Positions 37,801 to 49,150 of a DNA stretch of 64,000 nt are shown here, piece after piece; position 1 is the first letter of the stretch, and every line of letters starts with the position of its first letter. The DNA comes from Fimicolochytrium jonesii. Its lineage: Eukaryota. The DNA lies in contig NW_026515687.1 of NCBI RefSeq assembly GCF_025526975.1, positions 62,001 through 126,000 on the forward strand, in the 5' to 3' direction. Position numbers and translations under genes: made by a program. The notes under the pieces are model-generated. The model was not told where the DNA came from. It did not search any database and saw nothing but the letters and a program-made list of their open reading frames with translations.

Positions 37801-38721
37801 CTCGGGGGGCAGGAAGTCTTTGATGTCTTTCTCGGGTGTCGGGGGGTTACTGGGGATAGGCGAGGCCGGGAGATCGGGTTTCGCAGGGTTGACGTAGGTG
37901 ACAAAGACCTGGTCATGCCTTGCTGCGATCTGGAAGGCTGGGGCGGAGATGAACGAGACTCGGAGCGGCGTGGGAGCCGGTTCTGGGGTGCTGGAGCAAG
38001 ATACCTTGGGTACTGGGATCGACCATGTTTTGGCGACGGGGACTTCATCCTGGGGGATGCGGATCAAGGGCTCGGGGGTTCTGGCGGGTGCTGGGCTCGG
38101 GGGTGCTGGAGAGTTGTCCCAATTTGCGAATTCATGGTACTGACAGTCGCAACGGAAACCGACCGAAAGGTTCTTGAAGTCAACGTTAATGTCGTGGAGG
38201 CGGAGCCAGGGGAGACCAAGGAGGATTGGAGCATGGGGTGATTTGGTGACATGGGAGACGAGTTCTTCGAAGTGGTTGTCGACCCACATGCCTACTGGTT
38301 GGGTGTGATGGGTGATTGGCCCAGCAGAGCTGGGTTGACCGTCAACGAGTTCAATTGTCAGTGGACGCTGATGCGGGACTAGGGCGATGCGGTGTTTGCG
38401 GGCAAAGTCTCTGTCGATGAAGCAGGACAGGGCACCGTTGTCGATCATGGCTGAGGTAGGTATCCGGGCGCGGCTGGATGATACCATGATGGTAACGGGG
38501 TAGTTGAAGGGTTCGACGGGACCCAGCGCAAGCATGGCGCGGGGGTTGATTTCGGAGTTTTCGACATGGGCAGCGGCTAGGAGGGTTGTGTCGGCTATAA
38601 CGGAGTCGGGAACCAGGGGGGTGGCCTCTCCCGTTGCAGGAGCTGCGAGGTTAGGAGGCCCGGGGCGGTGTGTGTTGTCCAGTCGCTGGGGCTTTACTGC
38701 GGCTGGACTTTGGGAAAACCC
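34889..38721 (-). pseudogene. pol: pol, copy 1 (PR-RT-RH-IN-chromodomain), frameshifted, with ~80-nt deletion near 36912
   Basis: ORF pieces 37411-38535, 36642-37469, 36190-37038 and 34889-36304. Deletion seen by comparison with 42352-42430. Confidence 0.92.
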
Positions 38722-39692
38722 TGTTCGGTGAAGGGTTCTTTGATGTCGACGTTGGCGGCACGGGTAGTGGTCTTGTTCTTGACGGGGCAGACTTTTGCAA
38801 TGTGCCCCGCGCCACTGCAGTAAAGGCAGAGGTTGTTGGAAATGCGGCGTTGGCGTCCCTGAGGGCTCAGAGGGCCGCGGGGACGAGCGGCATCAATCTG
38901 CATAGGCTCGCTGTGGTCGACAGTGGTGGTAGTAGTAAACGAGGTGTGGGGGACCGGGAAGGTCTGGCGGCTTCTGCTTTGCTCCAGGCGGCGCTCAAAC
39001 AGCCGGTTATCGCACTGGATAGCCTGCTCCATCACCACATCAATGGTGGCCGCAGGGGGCATTGTGAGCGTCAGGTCTTTGACGTCTTCTTTGAGGCCGC
39101 GGCGGAAGGTAGCAATCAGGGCCTGGTCGTTCCAGGAGACATCGCATTGTAGCTGGCGGAACTCAGCGACGAACTTGGTTGCTGCATGGGTTTGGCGAAG
39201 GTTCTGGAGCTTGTTTTCAGAGGTGCGGACCCTGTCGCTGTCTCCGAAGACCGATTGCATCTGACTGATAAAACTATCGAAGTCCTGAAGGCTGTGATCT
39301 TGGCGTTCGACTAGGGGCGCCATCCAGGCTTGCGCAGTGCCGGTGAGGTAGGTGCCAATAGTTTGGATCTTGATGATGTCGCTGGGGTAGCGGCCGGGCT
39401 GGAGAGCAAACATCAACCGGATGTTGTTCAACCACCCACGGAATTTGCTGCGGCAACCATCAAACTTCTCGGGCGAGCTGATTCTTGGCTCCAGAGCAGG
39501 GTTGGCGACTTGGGGACGGGTGTACGTATCGGCTTGAACCTGGACGGCGATGCTCTGGGCAGCTTGTGCGTCGGCTTGGGCTTGCGCTAGGTTGGCCTGC
39601 AAGTTGGCGTTTTGGCTTTGCAAGGCAGCGATGGCTTGGCACATATCGTTCCATTGCTTGGCGGTGAAAGGTACGGATTCGGGTTGGGACAT
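38694..39692 (-). CDS. gag: gag, copy 1 (PEG10/sushi-like capsid with CCHC knuckle)
   Basis: PEKFDG...[29 protein letters not shown]. Confidence 0.92.
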   Translation of the reverse strand: MSQPESVPFTAKQWNDMCQAIAALQSQNANLQANLAQAQADAQAAQSIAVQVQADTYTRPQVANPALEPRISSPEKFDGCRSKFRGWLNNIRLMFALQPGRYPSDIIKIQTIGTYLTGTAQAWMAPLVERQDHSLQDFDSFISQMQSVFGDSDRVRTSENKLQNLRQTHAATKFVAEFRQLQCDVSWNDQALIATFRRGLKEDVKDLTLTMPPAATIDVVMEQAIQCDNRLFERRLEQSRSRQTFPVPHTSFTTTTTVDHSEPMQIDAARPRGPLSPQGRQRRISNNLCLYCSGAGHIAKVCPVKNKTTTRAANVDIKEPFTEQGFPKVQPQ

Positions 39693-39762
39693 GGCGAAAA
39701 AGGTTTGTCGGATGCAGGGCTGGACAGGGATCTGAACTTCGCAGTGTTGGAGCAGATCAAAC

Positions 39763-40309
39763 TGTTATGATCTTGACGACGGAGGCGGAAGCGAAGTAGA
39801 GAAGTACAGGGCGAGAGTGATAGGCGACAAGAGATTGTATTGGCGAAACAAGAAACAAGGACTAGAACAGGAGATGAGAAGAACTGGTGTTGATCTGCTG
39901 GGGAGGAAGGGAATGGACAAAGAGAGGCCGGCTATTTATAGAGAGGCAACCCAGCAGATCAGAGAACAACAACAACAAGAGGGGACTGGGGGGGGCGCCA
40001 GCTATGCTCCTAGAGCGTGCGTGGCAAGCGTAGAGAGCATTGCTACAGCTGCTGGCTATGGGGAAGTAGTGGGGGGTGTGGAGAAGCTGAGGGGGGATTG
40101 GCGAAATGAGAGGAGAGAGGAGGAGTGGCGATATTGCAAGAGGATTGGCGAAATGAGAGGAGAGAGGGGGAGTGGCATTGACATTGACATTGATATTGAC
40201 ACTGACATTGACACTGACATTGACATTGACATTGGCGTTTGACATTTGGCGGTTGACATTGGCGGCTGTCAGTAGGTAAGCTTATGGTATGGGCGCGTCG
40301 TCCATAACA
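39763..40309 (-). repeat. LTR B (shared central LTR, 547 bp)
   Basis: Near-identical to LTR A and LTR C. Confidence 0.95.
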
Positions 40310-40321
40310 TCACCCCTCTCT

Positions 40322-43300
40322 TTAGCGGCGGCGGCGGCGGCGTCGAGTTTGGTGTGGCCGCAGAGGAGGTGCTACGGGGACAGAGGAAGGCTTGTTGGGG
40401 TACGCGCTGTGGAAGTCCTGGAGGAGTGCGTCGGTATGGGTGAGGTGTTCCACGGGCTCCCAGGTGTTCTCGGAGTCAGGCCAGCCCTGCCATTTGACCA
40501 AGTACTGAAGGCGACGACAATGGATGCGAGAGTCAAGGATGGCTTTGACAACCCACTCTTCTTGACCCTCAACGGTCTCTGGGGGCGCGGGTTTGGGTTC
40601 GTGTCGTTCGGGGATGGTGAAGCGGGGTTCGAGGAGCGAGACATGGAAGACATTGTGGATTTTGTACGTAGGCGGGAGCTTGAGCCGGTAGGCGACGGGA
40701 TTGATTTTTTCAACGATGGGGAATGGCCCAATCTTGCGATGGTCGAGTTTCTGAGAGGGCCGGGTTGTATGGAGGTTTTTGCGGAGGAGCCAGACGTGGT
40801 CGCCAGGCTTGAAGTCCGGTCCAGGAATTCGTTTGGCGTCGGCGTAGCGCTTCATTTGATCTTGGGCTTCCTTGAGCTCGAGGGCGAGCTGTTCATGGAC
40901 TTCCCTGATTTGTTTAGCGCGGGCTTCAGCGGCGGGGTTGACGGATTCGGAGGTAGCAGAGGCCGCGAAACTGAAGCGGGGGTGGAGACCCTTGTTGGCG
41001 TAGAAGGGGGTGGTCTGGGAGGCGGACTGATGGGTGTTGTTGTAGGCGAACTCGGCGGACGACAGAAGCTGTTTCCAGTTGTCCTGTTGGTGGTTGCAAA
41101 AGCATCGGAGATACTGCTCCAGGATCTGGTTGGTGCGTTCCGTCTGGCCATCGCTCTGGGGGTGGAAGGCCGAGGAGAGGTTGGCTTTTGCCCCAAGGAG
41201 TTCGAGAAGTCGACGCCAGAACCGGGACTTAAACTGGGGTCCTCGGTCAGAGATGACGTCGTCGGGGAGGCCTGTGGAGACGGATGATGTTGTGGAAGAC
41301 TAGGTCGGCGGTGGATTCGGCGGATTCTGACTCGCTGCAGGCAATGAAGTGGGCCATCTTGGTGAGGCGACAGTTGACGTTCAGGATGGAGTCGTACCCC
41401 GTCGACGGGAGGCAGACCGGTGATAAAGTCCAGGGACCAAGATCCCCAAGGGCGGGTAGGGATACTGTTGGGCTGGAGTAGGCCATATGGTTTGTGTCGA
41501 CTGGATTTCGCTTGGCTACAGGTATCGCAGGACTTGACGTAGGCCTTGACGAAGCGCCACTGGCTGAGCCACCAGTAGTTGCGGGAGGCAAGTTCGAGCG
41601 TCTTGGACATCTCAAAGTGGCCTGGCTAGGGGTGTATCGTGCATGTCGTGGCAGACTTCAGCTCGGAGCTCGTTGGTGGGGACATAGACCAGGTTATCGT
41701 GCAGCAGGATCCCATCTTCATCTGAGAACCGCTTGATACGATCTTGGGTTTGCTCGGTTCGTTGGGCGAGGGGTATCTTGAGCTTCTTGCGAATGGTCTT
41801 AGCGAGGGGATCAGAGGCCTGGGCGGCCTTAATCTTGTCAAGCAGCGTGGTATTCATGGGTGTGAGGTAGGCCGCGGCGAGTCGAAGGCGTTCGGGAGTC
41901 AGAATTGTGGTTGCCTGGGAGCGGAACGCTTCCTTCCCCCTCTTTTAGCTCATGTTCGGAGCGTCGGGAGAGGGCATCGGCTTGGTGCTGCTGGGAACCG
42001 GGGCGATAGGTAATGACAAAGTCAAAATCCGAGAAGAATATCGACCAGCGGGCTTGGCGGCGGTTCAGGGTGCGGGTGGTCATGAAGTACTGAAGGTTTT
42101 TATGGTCGGAGTAAACGGTGATCTTGTGACGGGCGCCAATGAGATGGTGTCGCCACTGGGCAAAGGAGTCTTGGATGGCCAGAAGTTCCTTGTCGTAGAT
42201 CTCGTAGTTGATCTCTTCGGCCGTGAATTTGCGAGAGTGGAAGGCCACGGGGTGGAGCTGATTGTCCTGGTCAGGTTGGAGGAGAACTGCGCCAAGAGCG
42301 AAGTCGGAGGCGTCAGTTTCGACGACGAAGGGCTTCTCTGGGTCAGGGTGAGCAAGGATGGGGGCGGTGGTGAATGCTTTCTTCAGGTTCTCGAAGGCGG
42401 TGTTTGCGGCGGGTGTCCAGGCGTACGGGATGTCTTTCCGGGTCAGGGCTGTGAGCGGGGTAGCGATCTTGGAATAACCTTGGATGAATCGGCGATAGAA
42501 GTTGGCAAAGCCGAGGAACCGCTGGACGCCTTTGACAGTCTTGGGAGGTTCCCAATCCGTGATGGCAGCGATCTTCTTGGGGTCCATCTGGATGCCTTTC
42601 TCGGAGATGATGAAGCCTAGGAACTCAACGGATTCGCGGTTGAATTCGCACTTCTCTGGTTTGGCGTACAACCCATGCTGTCGGAGGCGGGACAAGACTT
42701 CGCGGACATGTTTGGGGTGATCTTCGGGGTTCTTGGAGAATATCAGGATATCGTCGAGGTAGACGACAACAAACACATCGAGAATGTCGCAGAAGATGTC
42801 GTTCATCAGGTACTGGAAGACGCCAGGAGCATTGCTGAGTCCAAAGGGCATGACATTGTATTCGAATAGGCCGTAGCGGCAGCGGAAGGCGGTCTTCCAT
42901 TCATCGCCCGGGCGCATGCGTAAGAGGTTATAAGCGCCTGCGGAGGTCGATCTTGGTGAGACGGCGGGCGCCGCGCAAACGATCCATGATACCGTTGATC
43001 AGGGGCAGGGGGTAGCGATTCTTCACCGTGATGCTGTTCAGGCCTCGATAATCGACGCAGAGGCGGAGAGAACCGTCCTTTTTCTTCACGAATAAGACTG
43101 GCGCACCGGCAGGGGACTTTGAGGGTTTGATGAATCCTTTGGCGAGGTTTTCTTCGAGGTATTCGCAGAGTGCCTTCATTTCTGGTTCGCTGAGGCTGTA
43201 CATCGGGCCGAAAGGTGGCTGCTTGCCTTCTTCCAGATCGATTGGACAGTCGTAGGGCCGGTGCTCGGGGAGAGTGTCAGCATTTCTTTTTCGAGAACGT

Positions 43301-44239
43301 CGGCGAAAGTCTTGATACTCGGGGGGCAGGAAGTCTTTGATGTCTTTCTCGGGTGTCGGGGGGTTACTGGGGCTAGGCGAGGCCGGGGAGATCGGGTTTC
43401 GCAGGGTTGGCGTAGGCGACAAAGACCTGGTCATGCCTTGCTGCGACCCGAAAGGCTGGGGCGGAGATGAACGAGACTCGGAGCGGCGTGGGAGCCGATT
43501 CTGGGGTGCTGGAGCGAGATACCTTGGGTACTGGAATCGACCATGTTTCGTCGACGGGGACTTCATCCTGGGGGATACGGATCAAGGGCTCGGGGGTTCT
43601 GGCGGGTGCTGGGCTCGGGGGTGCTGGAGAGTTGTCCCAATTCGCGAATTCATGGTACTGGCAGTCGCAACGGAAACCGACCGAAAGGTTCTTGAAGTCA
43701 ACGTTAATGTCGTGGAGGCGGAGCCAGGGGAGACCAAGGAGGATTGGAGCATGGGGTGATTTGGTGACATGGGAGACGAGTTCTTCGAAGTGGTTGTCGA
43801 CCCACATGCCTACTGGTTGGGTGTGATGGGTGATTGGCCCAGCAGAGCTGGGTTGACCGTCAACGAGTTCAATTGTCAGTGGACGCTGATGCGGGACTAG
43901 GGCGATGCGGTGTTTGCGGGCAAAGTCTCTGTCGATGAAGCAGGACAGGGCACCGTTGTCGATCATGGCTGAGGTAGGTATCCGGGCGCGGCTGGATGAT
44001 ACCATGATGGTAACGGGGTAGTTGAAGGGTTCGACGGGACCCAGCGCAAGCATGGCGCGGGGGTTGATTTCGGAGTTTTCGACATGGGCAGCGGCTAGGA
44101 GGGTTGTGTCGGCTATAACGGAGTCGGGAACCAGGGGGGTGGCCTCTCCCGTTGCAGGAGCTGCGAGGTTAGGAGGCCCGGGGCGGTGTGTGTTGTCCAG
44201 TCGCTGGGGCTTTACTGCGGCTGGACTTTGGGAAAACCC
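40322..44239 (-). pseudogene. pol: pol, copy 2, several small frameshifts
   Basis: ORF pieces 43373-44053, 42928-43566, 41838-42917, 41612-41857, 40852-41610 and 40322-40855. Confidence 0.92.
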
Positions 44240-45210
44240 TGTTCGGTGAAGGGTTCTTTGATGTCGACGTTGGCGGCACGGGTGGTGGTCTTGTTCTTGA
44301 CGGGGCAGACTTTTGCAATGTGCCCCGCGCCACTGCAGTAAAGGCAGAGGTTGTTGGAAATGCGGCGTTGGCGTTCCTGAGGGCTCAGAGGGCCGCGGGG
44401 ACGAGCGGCATCAATCTGCATAGGCTCGCTGTGGTCGACAGTGGTGGTAGTAGTAAACGAGGTGTGGGGGACCGGGAAGGTCTGGCGGCTTCTGTTTCGC
44501 TCCAGGCGGCGCTCAAACAGCCGGTTATCGCACTGGATAGCCTGCTCCATCACCACATCAATGGTGGCCGCAGGGGGCATTGTGAGCATCAGGTCTTTGA
44601 CGTCTTCTTTGAGGCCGCGGCGGAAGGTAGCAATCAGGGCCTGGTCGTTCCAGGAGACATCGCATTGTAGCTGGCGGAACTCAGCGACGAACTCGGTTGC
44701 TGCATGGGTTTGGCGAAGGTTCTGGAGCTTGTTTTCAGAGGTGCGGACCCTGTCGCTGTCTCCGAAGACCGATTGCATCTGACTGATAAAACTATCGAAG
44801 TCCTGAAGGCTGTGATCTTGGCGTTCGACTAGGGGCGCCATCCAGGCTTGCGCAGTGCCGGTGAGGTAGGTGCCAATAGTTTGGATCTTGATGATGTCGC
44901 TGGGGTAGCGGCCGGGCTGGAGAGCAAACATCAACCGGATGTTGTTCAACCACCCACGGAATTTGCTGCGGCAACCATCAAACTTCTCGGGCGAGCTGAT
45001 TCTTGGCTCCAGAGCAGGGTTGGCGACTTGGGGACGGGTGTACGTATCGGCTTGAACCTGGACGGCGATGCTCTGGGCAGCTTGTGCGTCGGCTTGGGCT
45101 TGCGCTAGGTTGGCCTGCAAGTTGGCGTTTTGGCTTTGCAAGGCAGCGATGGCTTGGCACATATCGTTCCATTGCTTGGCGGTGAAAGGTACGGATTTGG
45201 GTTGGGACAT
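44212..45210 (-). CDS. gag: gag, copy 2
   Basis: 332 aa, near-identical to copy 1. Confidence 0.92.
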   Translation of the reverse strand: MSQPKSVPFTAKQWNDMCQAIAALQSQNANLQANLAQAQADAQAAQSIAVQVQADTYTRPQVANPALEPRISSPEKFDGCRSKFRGWLNNIRLMFALQPGRYPSDIIKIQTIGTYLTGTAQAWMAPLVERQDHSLQDFDSFISQMQSVFGDSDRVRTSENKLQNLRQTHAATEFVAEFRQLQCDVSWNDQALIATFRRGLKEDVKDLMLTMPPAATIDVVMEQAIQCDNRLFERRLERNRSRQTFPVPHTSFTTTTTVDHSEPMQIDAARPRGPLSPQERQRRISNNLCLYCSGAGHIAKVCPVKNKTTTRAANVDIKEPFTEQGFPKVQPQ

Positions 45211-45279
45211 GGCGAAAAAGGGTTGTCGGATGCAGGGCTGGACAGGTTCTGAACTTCGCAGTGTTGGAGCAGATCAAAC

Positions 45280-45818
45280 TGTTATGATCTTGACGACGGA
45301 GGCGGAAGCGAAGTAGAGAAGTCAGGGCGAGAGTGATAGGCGACAAGAGATTGTATTGGCGAAACGAGAAACAAGGACTAGAACAGGAGATGAGAAGAAC
45401 TGGTGTTGATCTGCTGGGGAGGAAGGGAATGGACGAAGAGAAGCCGGCTATTTATAGATAGGCAACCCAGCAGATTAGAGAACAACAACAACAAGAGGGG
45501 ACTGGGGGGGCGCCAGCTATGCTCCTAGAGCGTGCGTGGCGAGCGTAGAGAGCATTGCTACAGCTGCTGGCTATGGGGAAGTAGTGGGGGGTGTGGAGAA
45601 GCCGAGGGGGGATTGGCGAAATGAGAGGAGAGAGGAGGAGTGGCGATATTGCAAGAGGATTGGTGAAATGAGAGGAGAGAGGGGGAGTGGCATGGACATT
45701 GACATTGACACTGACATTGACACTGACATTGACATTGACATTGGCGTTTGACATTTGGCGGTTGACATTGGCGGCTGTCAGTAGGTAAGCTTATGGTATG
45801 GGCGCGTCGTCCATAACA
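45280..45818 (-). repeat. LTR C (539 bp)
   Basis: TGTTATG...CATAACA termini. Confidence 0.95.
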
Positions 45819-46295
45819 GTACGGGGACATGCCTGTAGAGGTCTGGGGCATCCTGTTGTAGTTGTACTCGAGGAGGGGAAGCATCTCGCGCCAGTTCGAG
45901 CCGGTGTAGTTCAGGTAGGGGGCCATCATCTTCTTGATTGTCTTGATGACGTTCTCCGTCTTGCCGTTGGTCTGTTGGTGTCGTGCCGACGAGAGTTTCT
46001 GCTCTACGCCGGCGCACTTCAGGAGGTGCTTCCAAAAGCCGCCGGTACATTTGGTGTCCTGATCACTGATGATCGTGTGGGGCATGCCCGTGATGCGGAA
46101 GGCCTGGTCGAAGAACAGCTGGGCGAGTTCCTTTGCCGTCGCCTTGGCGTGGGTCTCAAGGAGGATTACGCGGCTGGATAAGTAGTCCACCAGGATGAGG
46201 ACGACTCCCTTGTCCATGACGGACTCGTCTTCCACTTCCCCCCCCTTAGAGTTCGTCGTGGGGAAGTAGATGTCCAAGCCGACGCAACGCCAGCG
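45819..46295 (-). pseudogene. Integrase core fragment of a third Gypsy family
   Basis: WRCVGLD...VDYLSSRV...GMPHTIISDQD...SSARHQQTNGKTE...TGMSPY, cut by LTR C. Resembles the integrase at 49868-50776. Confidence 0.85.
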
Positions 46296-46309
46296 AAGTT
46301 GATCACGAT

Positions 46310-47217
46310 CACCCGTACACCCGTCTCTACAAGGACATCGTTGTTGTAGCCGACAGGCAAACGGATGAGATTGCATTTGCGGCAAGGTTTCATCCGTTTG
46401 CGGATATGTCAGCGGATGACAGGACCCGCTTTGAGGAGATTGCGCTCCACCTGGACCACCAGCGTCAGTTAGCTTACCCCGTGACGATAAACGGTGCGCA
46501 GACGTCTGGTACCATGATCGGTGTTGGCTGGCGTGCGGGTACAGATCGTAGAAAAAGCATGGGGATCTACCAACCACGAAAGAAGGATTCCATCAGCGTG
46601 GAGAAGTGGCGCGCTTTACAAGCTGAGTTGCCAAAGATCGAGGTGCATTACATTCACTTTCTCAATAAGCTTTCGCCTTACCTCTTGTCTTGCATCAAAA
46701 AGCGGGCAAAGGAACTACGCGTCCCAAGCATTTCACAAGCGGAATTCGGCAACCTCGTTGCAGACGACTCCTTCGCCAGCAACATCACCGCCACATGGGA
46801 TGATTTTGTCAATAAATTCCACCGTGATAACGATAAATCGAAATTCACATACGGAATCTGGTTCCCAGTATCGGACAAGACGGGCAAGCTGAAGAGCAAG
46901 GCGGATGGATTCGCCTGTCATGGTGAAGTCTTTGTGAATGCGGACTACCGTGTGTATGTGGATTTGATGCGTGCGACAGCGTAGTCGAGATCGTTTGGCG
47001 AGGGCCTGAGGATGCACATGCAACCACATCATCAGTCAGAGGCCCAGACTCGAATCACCTTGGGACCTCCGTGCAAATCAATGAGAAGCTGGCAAAACGA
47101 GTCGAGCGGTTGTTGCAGTCACGGGAAGAGGAGGGCATCAAGGCCGCGGCGGGACGCATCCGTGGGGTTGCAGAGACTTTAGAACGATCGCGAGGACCCC
47201 TTCTGATTTGCATCTAG
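46310..47217 (+). pseudogene. Second TET/JBP-family dioxygenase (rust-fungus-like 2OG-FeII type), 5'-truncated and frameshifted
   Basis: GTMIGVGWR, FASNITATWDDFVNKFHRDND (HxD), YGIWFP. A 1-nt frameshift near 46966 continues as VVEIVWRGPEDAHAT...NHLGTSVQINEKL, where the expected R reads H (CAC). Confidence 0.85.
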
Positions 47218-47292
47218 TACCATAAACTCTACATATATACAGTATGTGTGTTTTTTTTCGTACGCCGGTCGGACATTTTACAGCAAGATCCG

Positions 47293-47462
47293 CCCCCCCC
47301 CCCCCCCCCCCCCCGGGTAGCTTGTCAAATACGGCGCCTACACAGAGAATGGACGGGGCACGGTGCCCGGGCACGTTCTGGTTTGACGTGCGGGGGACGA
47401 ATTTCTCCCCAAAATCCATTGAGGGCTGACTAGTACAGCGTGGGGCGAAAATCGTTCCCCCG
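47293..47462. repeat. C22 tract followed by an imperfect ~21-nt inverted repeat
   Basis: Poly-C 47293-47314. CGGGGGACGAATTTCTCCCCA (~47391-47411) versus TGGGGCGAAAATCGTTCCCCCG (~47441-47462). Confidence 0.8.
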
Positions 47463-47505
47463 ACGGCGTGGCGGAGAATAGACGGAAGCAAAGCCCGTTA
47501 GGGTT

Positions 47506-47815
47506 GGCCTTACAGCCTTCACGCTCGGCCTAACGCCCTTCACGCTCGGCCTTACTGTACATACGCCCTTCACGTTCGGCCTTACGCCCACGCTGGGGCT
47601 TACTGTACGCCCTTCACGCTCGGCCTTACTGTACATACGCCGTTCACGTTCGGCCTTACGCCCACGCTCGGGCTTACTGTACGCCCTTCACGCTCGGCCT
47701 TACGCCCACGCTCGGCCTTACAGCCTTCACGCTCTTACTGTAGAGCCTTCACGCTCGGCCTTACGCCCACGCTCGGCCTTACAGCCTTCACGCTCGGCCT
47801 TACAGCTTCACGCTC
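47506..47815. repeat. Minisatellite with core CACGCTCGGCCTTAC, units of about 17-28 nt
   Basis: More than a dozen degenerate copies read directly. Confidence 0.92.
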
Positions 47816-48561
47816 TCAGCGCCATGGTTTGCCATTTAGGTAGGCACTACTACCCCAGCATTCATTTCCCACAAATACTCATCATCCAAAAAACGAATCA
47901 TGGCTCGAGTCCTGCAACATAGGGCACTCAACTCTCCTGTTCCGCTTATGCAGATACCGATAGACGTACAGTACATGTGCAGTATTCGTGTTCAAACCGG
48001 AGATGAGATATGGTGGGTGATCACTGAGGAGGCTTTGCGACAAACCGGAGATGGAGCGGGAACAGAGGAGTGATGGTGGAGGAGAGGAGAGGTAGCTGGC
48101 AGGTCGTGCCGGGACTCCAGGACTCCCCACTTGCAGAACACTCCCACTCGCACATGCTCACTCGCACATGCTCACGCACATCCTCACGCTTTCATGGCTC
48201 TTGTTTTACAGACTGAGCGACGAAACAAATCTGAAGGGGAGGGGAAACAGACAAAGCGGGCGACAGCGGTACACGGATTCAGTCGTTTTAATACACTTCT
48301 GAAGCAAGATGGAGTCAGAATCATCCCACGCTTCAATCTCAACGTCGAATCCGCAGAGGAATATGCCACAACAATTGCGCACCCCGACACAAGCCGTATC
48401 CGGTGGGTAAACGCCCGGAAAAAACATCTAGATGACCAGCTCGGAGCGGGAGAGAAGGAGGCAATCGAAGGGATACCATTGTCGCCAACTCCTCCAACTC
48501 CGGGCAATGCGGCCAATGCCCTTGACGCGTTATTGAGTGCCGCGAAACGTCTGCTCACCTA

Positions 48562-48836
48562 TGTAACGTCAGAGGAAACGTAGACGATATTGGGCCCTTC
48601 TGAGAGGGCTGAGAGCAGTGTATTGTAGTGAAGAAAAAAGTAAGAAGCTCTTCACAGCGGCCGCTCGACTGACAGCTTTATATATGGGCTGCCAGTGGGG
48701 CTTGCGTGGCTTCAGTGAGGCTGGGCGCCTTATGTAATGTATCGCTGAGAACTCGGGTGGCCAGCCCTGGTCTCGAATCAAGTAGAAGTAAAGGGATATA
48801 ATATGGAATACAAGTGAAGATGAGATATCCCCGACA
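48562..48836 (-). repeat. 3' LTR (275 bp) of second Gypsy
   Basis: TGTAAC...CCGACA, matches 54412-54686. Confidence 0.93.
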
Positions 48837-49150
48837 CCTCCCTCACATCCTGAGGAGGGCGCCGAATAAATAAGAGGTGAACTACGAGGGATATGTGAAG
48901 AAAGGGAGAGCTCATGTTCATTTTAAAGTGTTGATGCACTTGTTCATTTTATAGTGTTGACGCACTGTGTTGATGCGTGTGTTTGAGGCAAAGGCGTCCC
49001 TAAGCCGACGTCGTGTGTTATGTGTGTATATAAGGTCGGTTCTTGCGTCGCCGCGCGTGATGTGATGTAGTTTACGTCGCTATTGTCAGCGGTGTGATTG
49101 ATAGTGAGCGGTTCTTGCAACGTCGCGCGTGTGATGTGATATGAGATGCT

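Larger units (their letters stand above)
34338..45818 (-). mobile_element. Tandem pair of chromoviral Ty3/Gypsy (Tf1/sushi-like) retrotransposons sharing a central LTR
   Basis: LTR-internal-LTR-internal-LTR. Gag, protease, RT (YLDD), RNase H, integrase (GPF) and chromodomain in both copies. PPT GAGAGGGGTGA next to the 3' LTRs. Confidence 0.96.

Noticed and set aside
38430..38445. Protease motif DNG instead of DSG/DTG as a novel catalytic variant
   Set aside because: More simply a substitution shared by two closely related decayed copies; it cannot be judged without the family consensus.
47200..47220. CTAG|T as a Helitron 3' end
   Set aside because: No adjacent subterminal hairpin, no Rep/helicase gene, and it coincides with the TET2 stop codon.
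47506..47815. Minisatellite as a CRISPR or guide array
   Set aside because: Units are contiguous and degenerate with no unique spacers.
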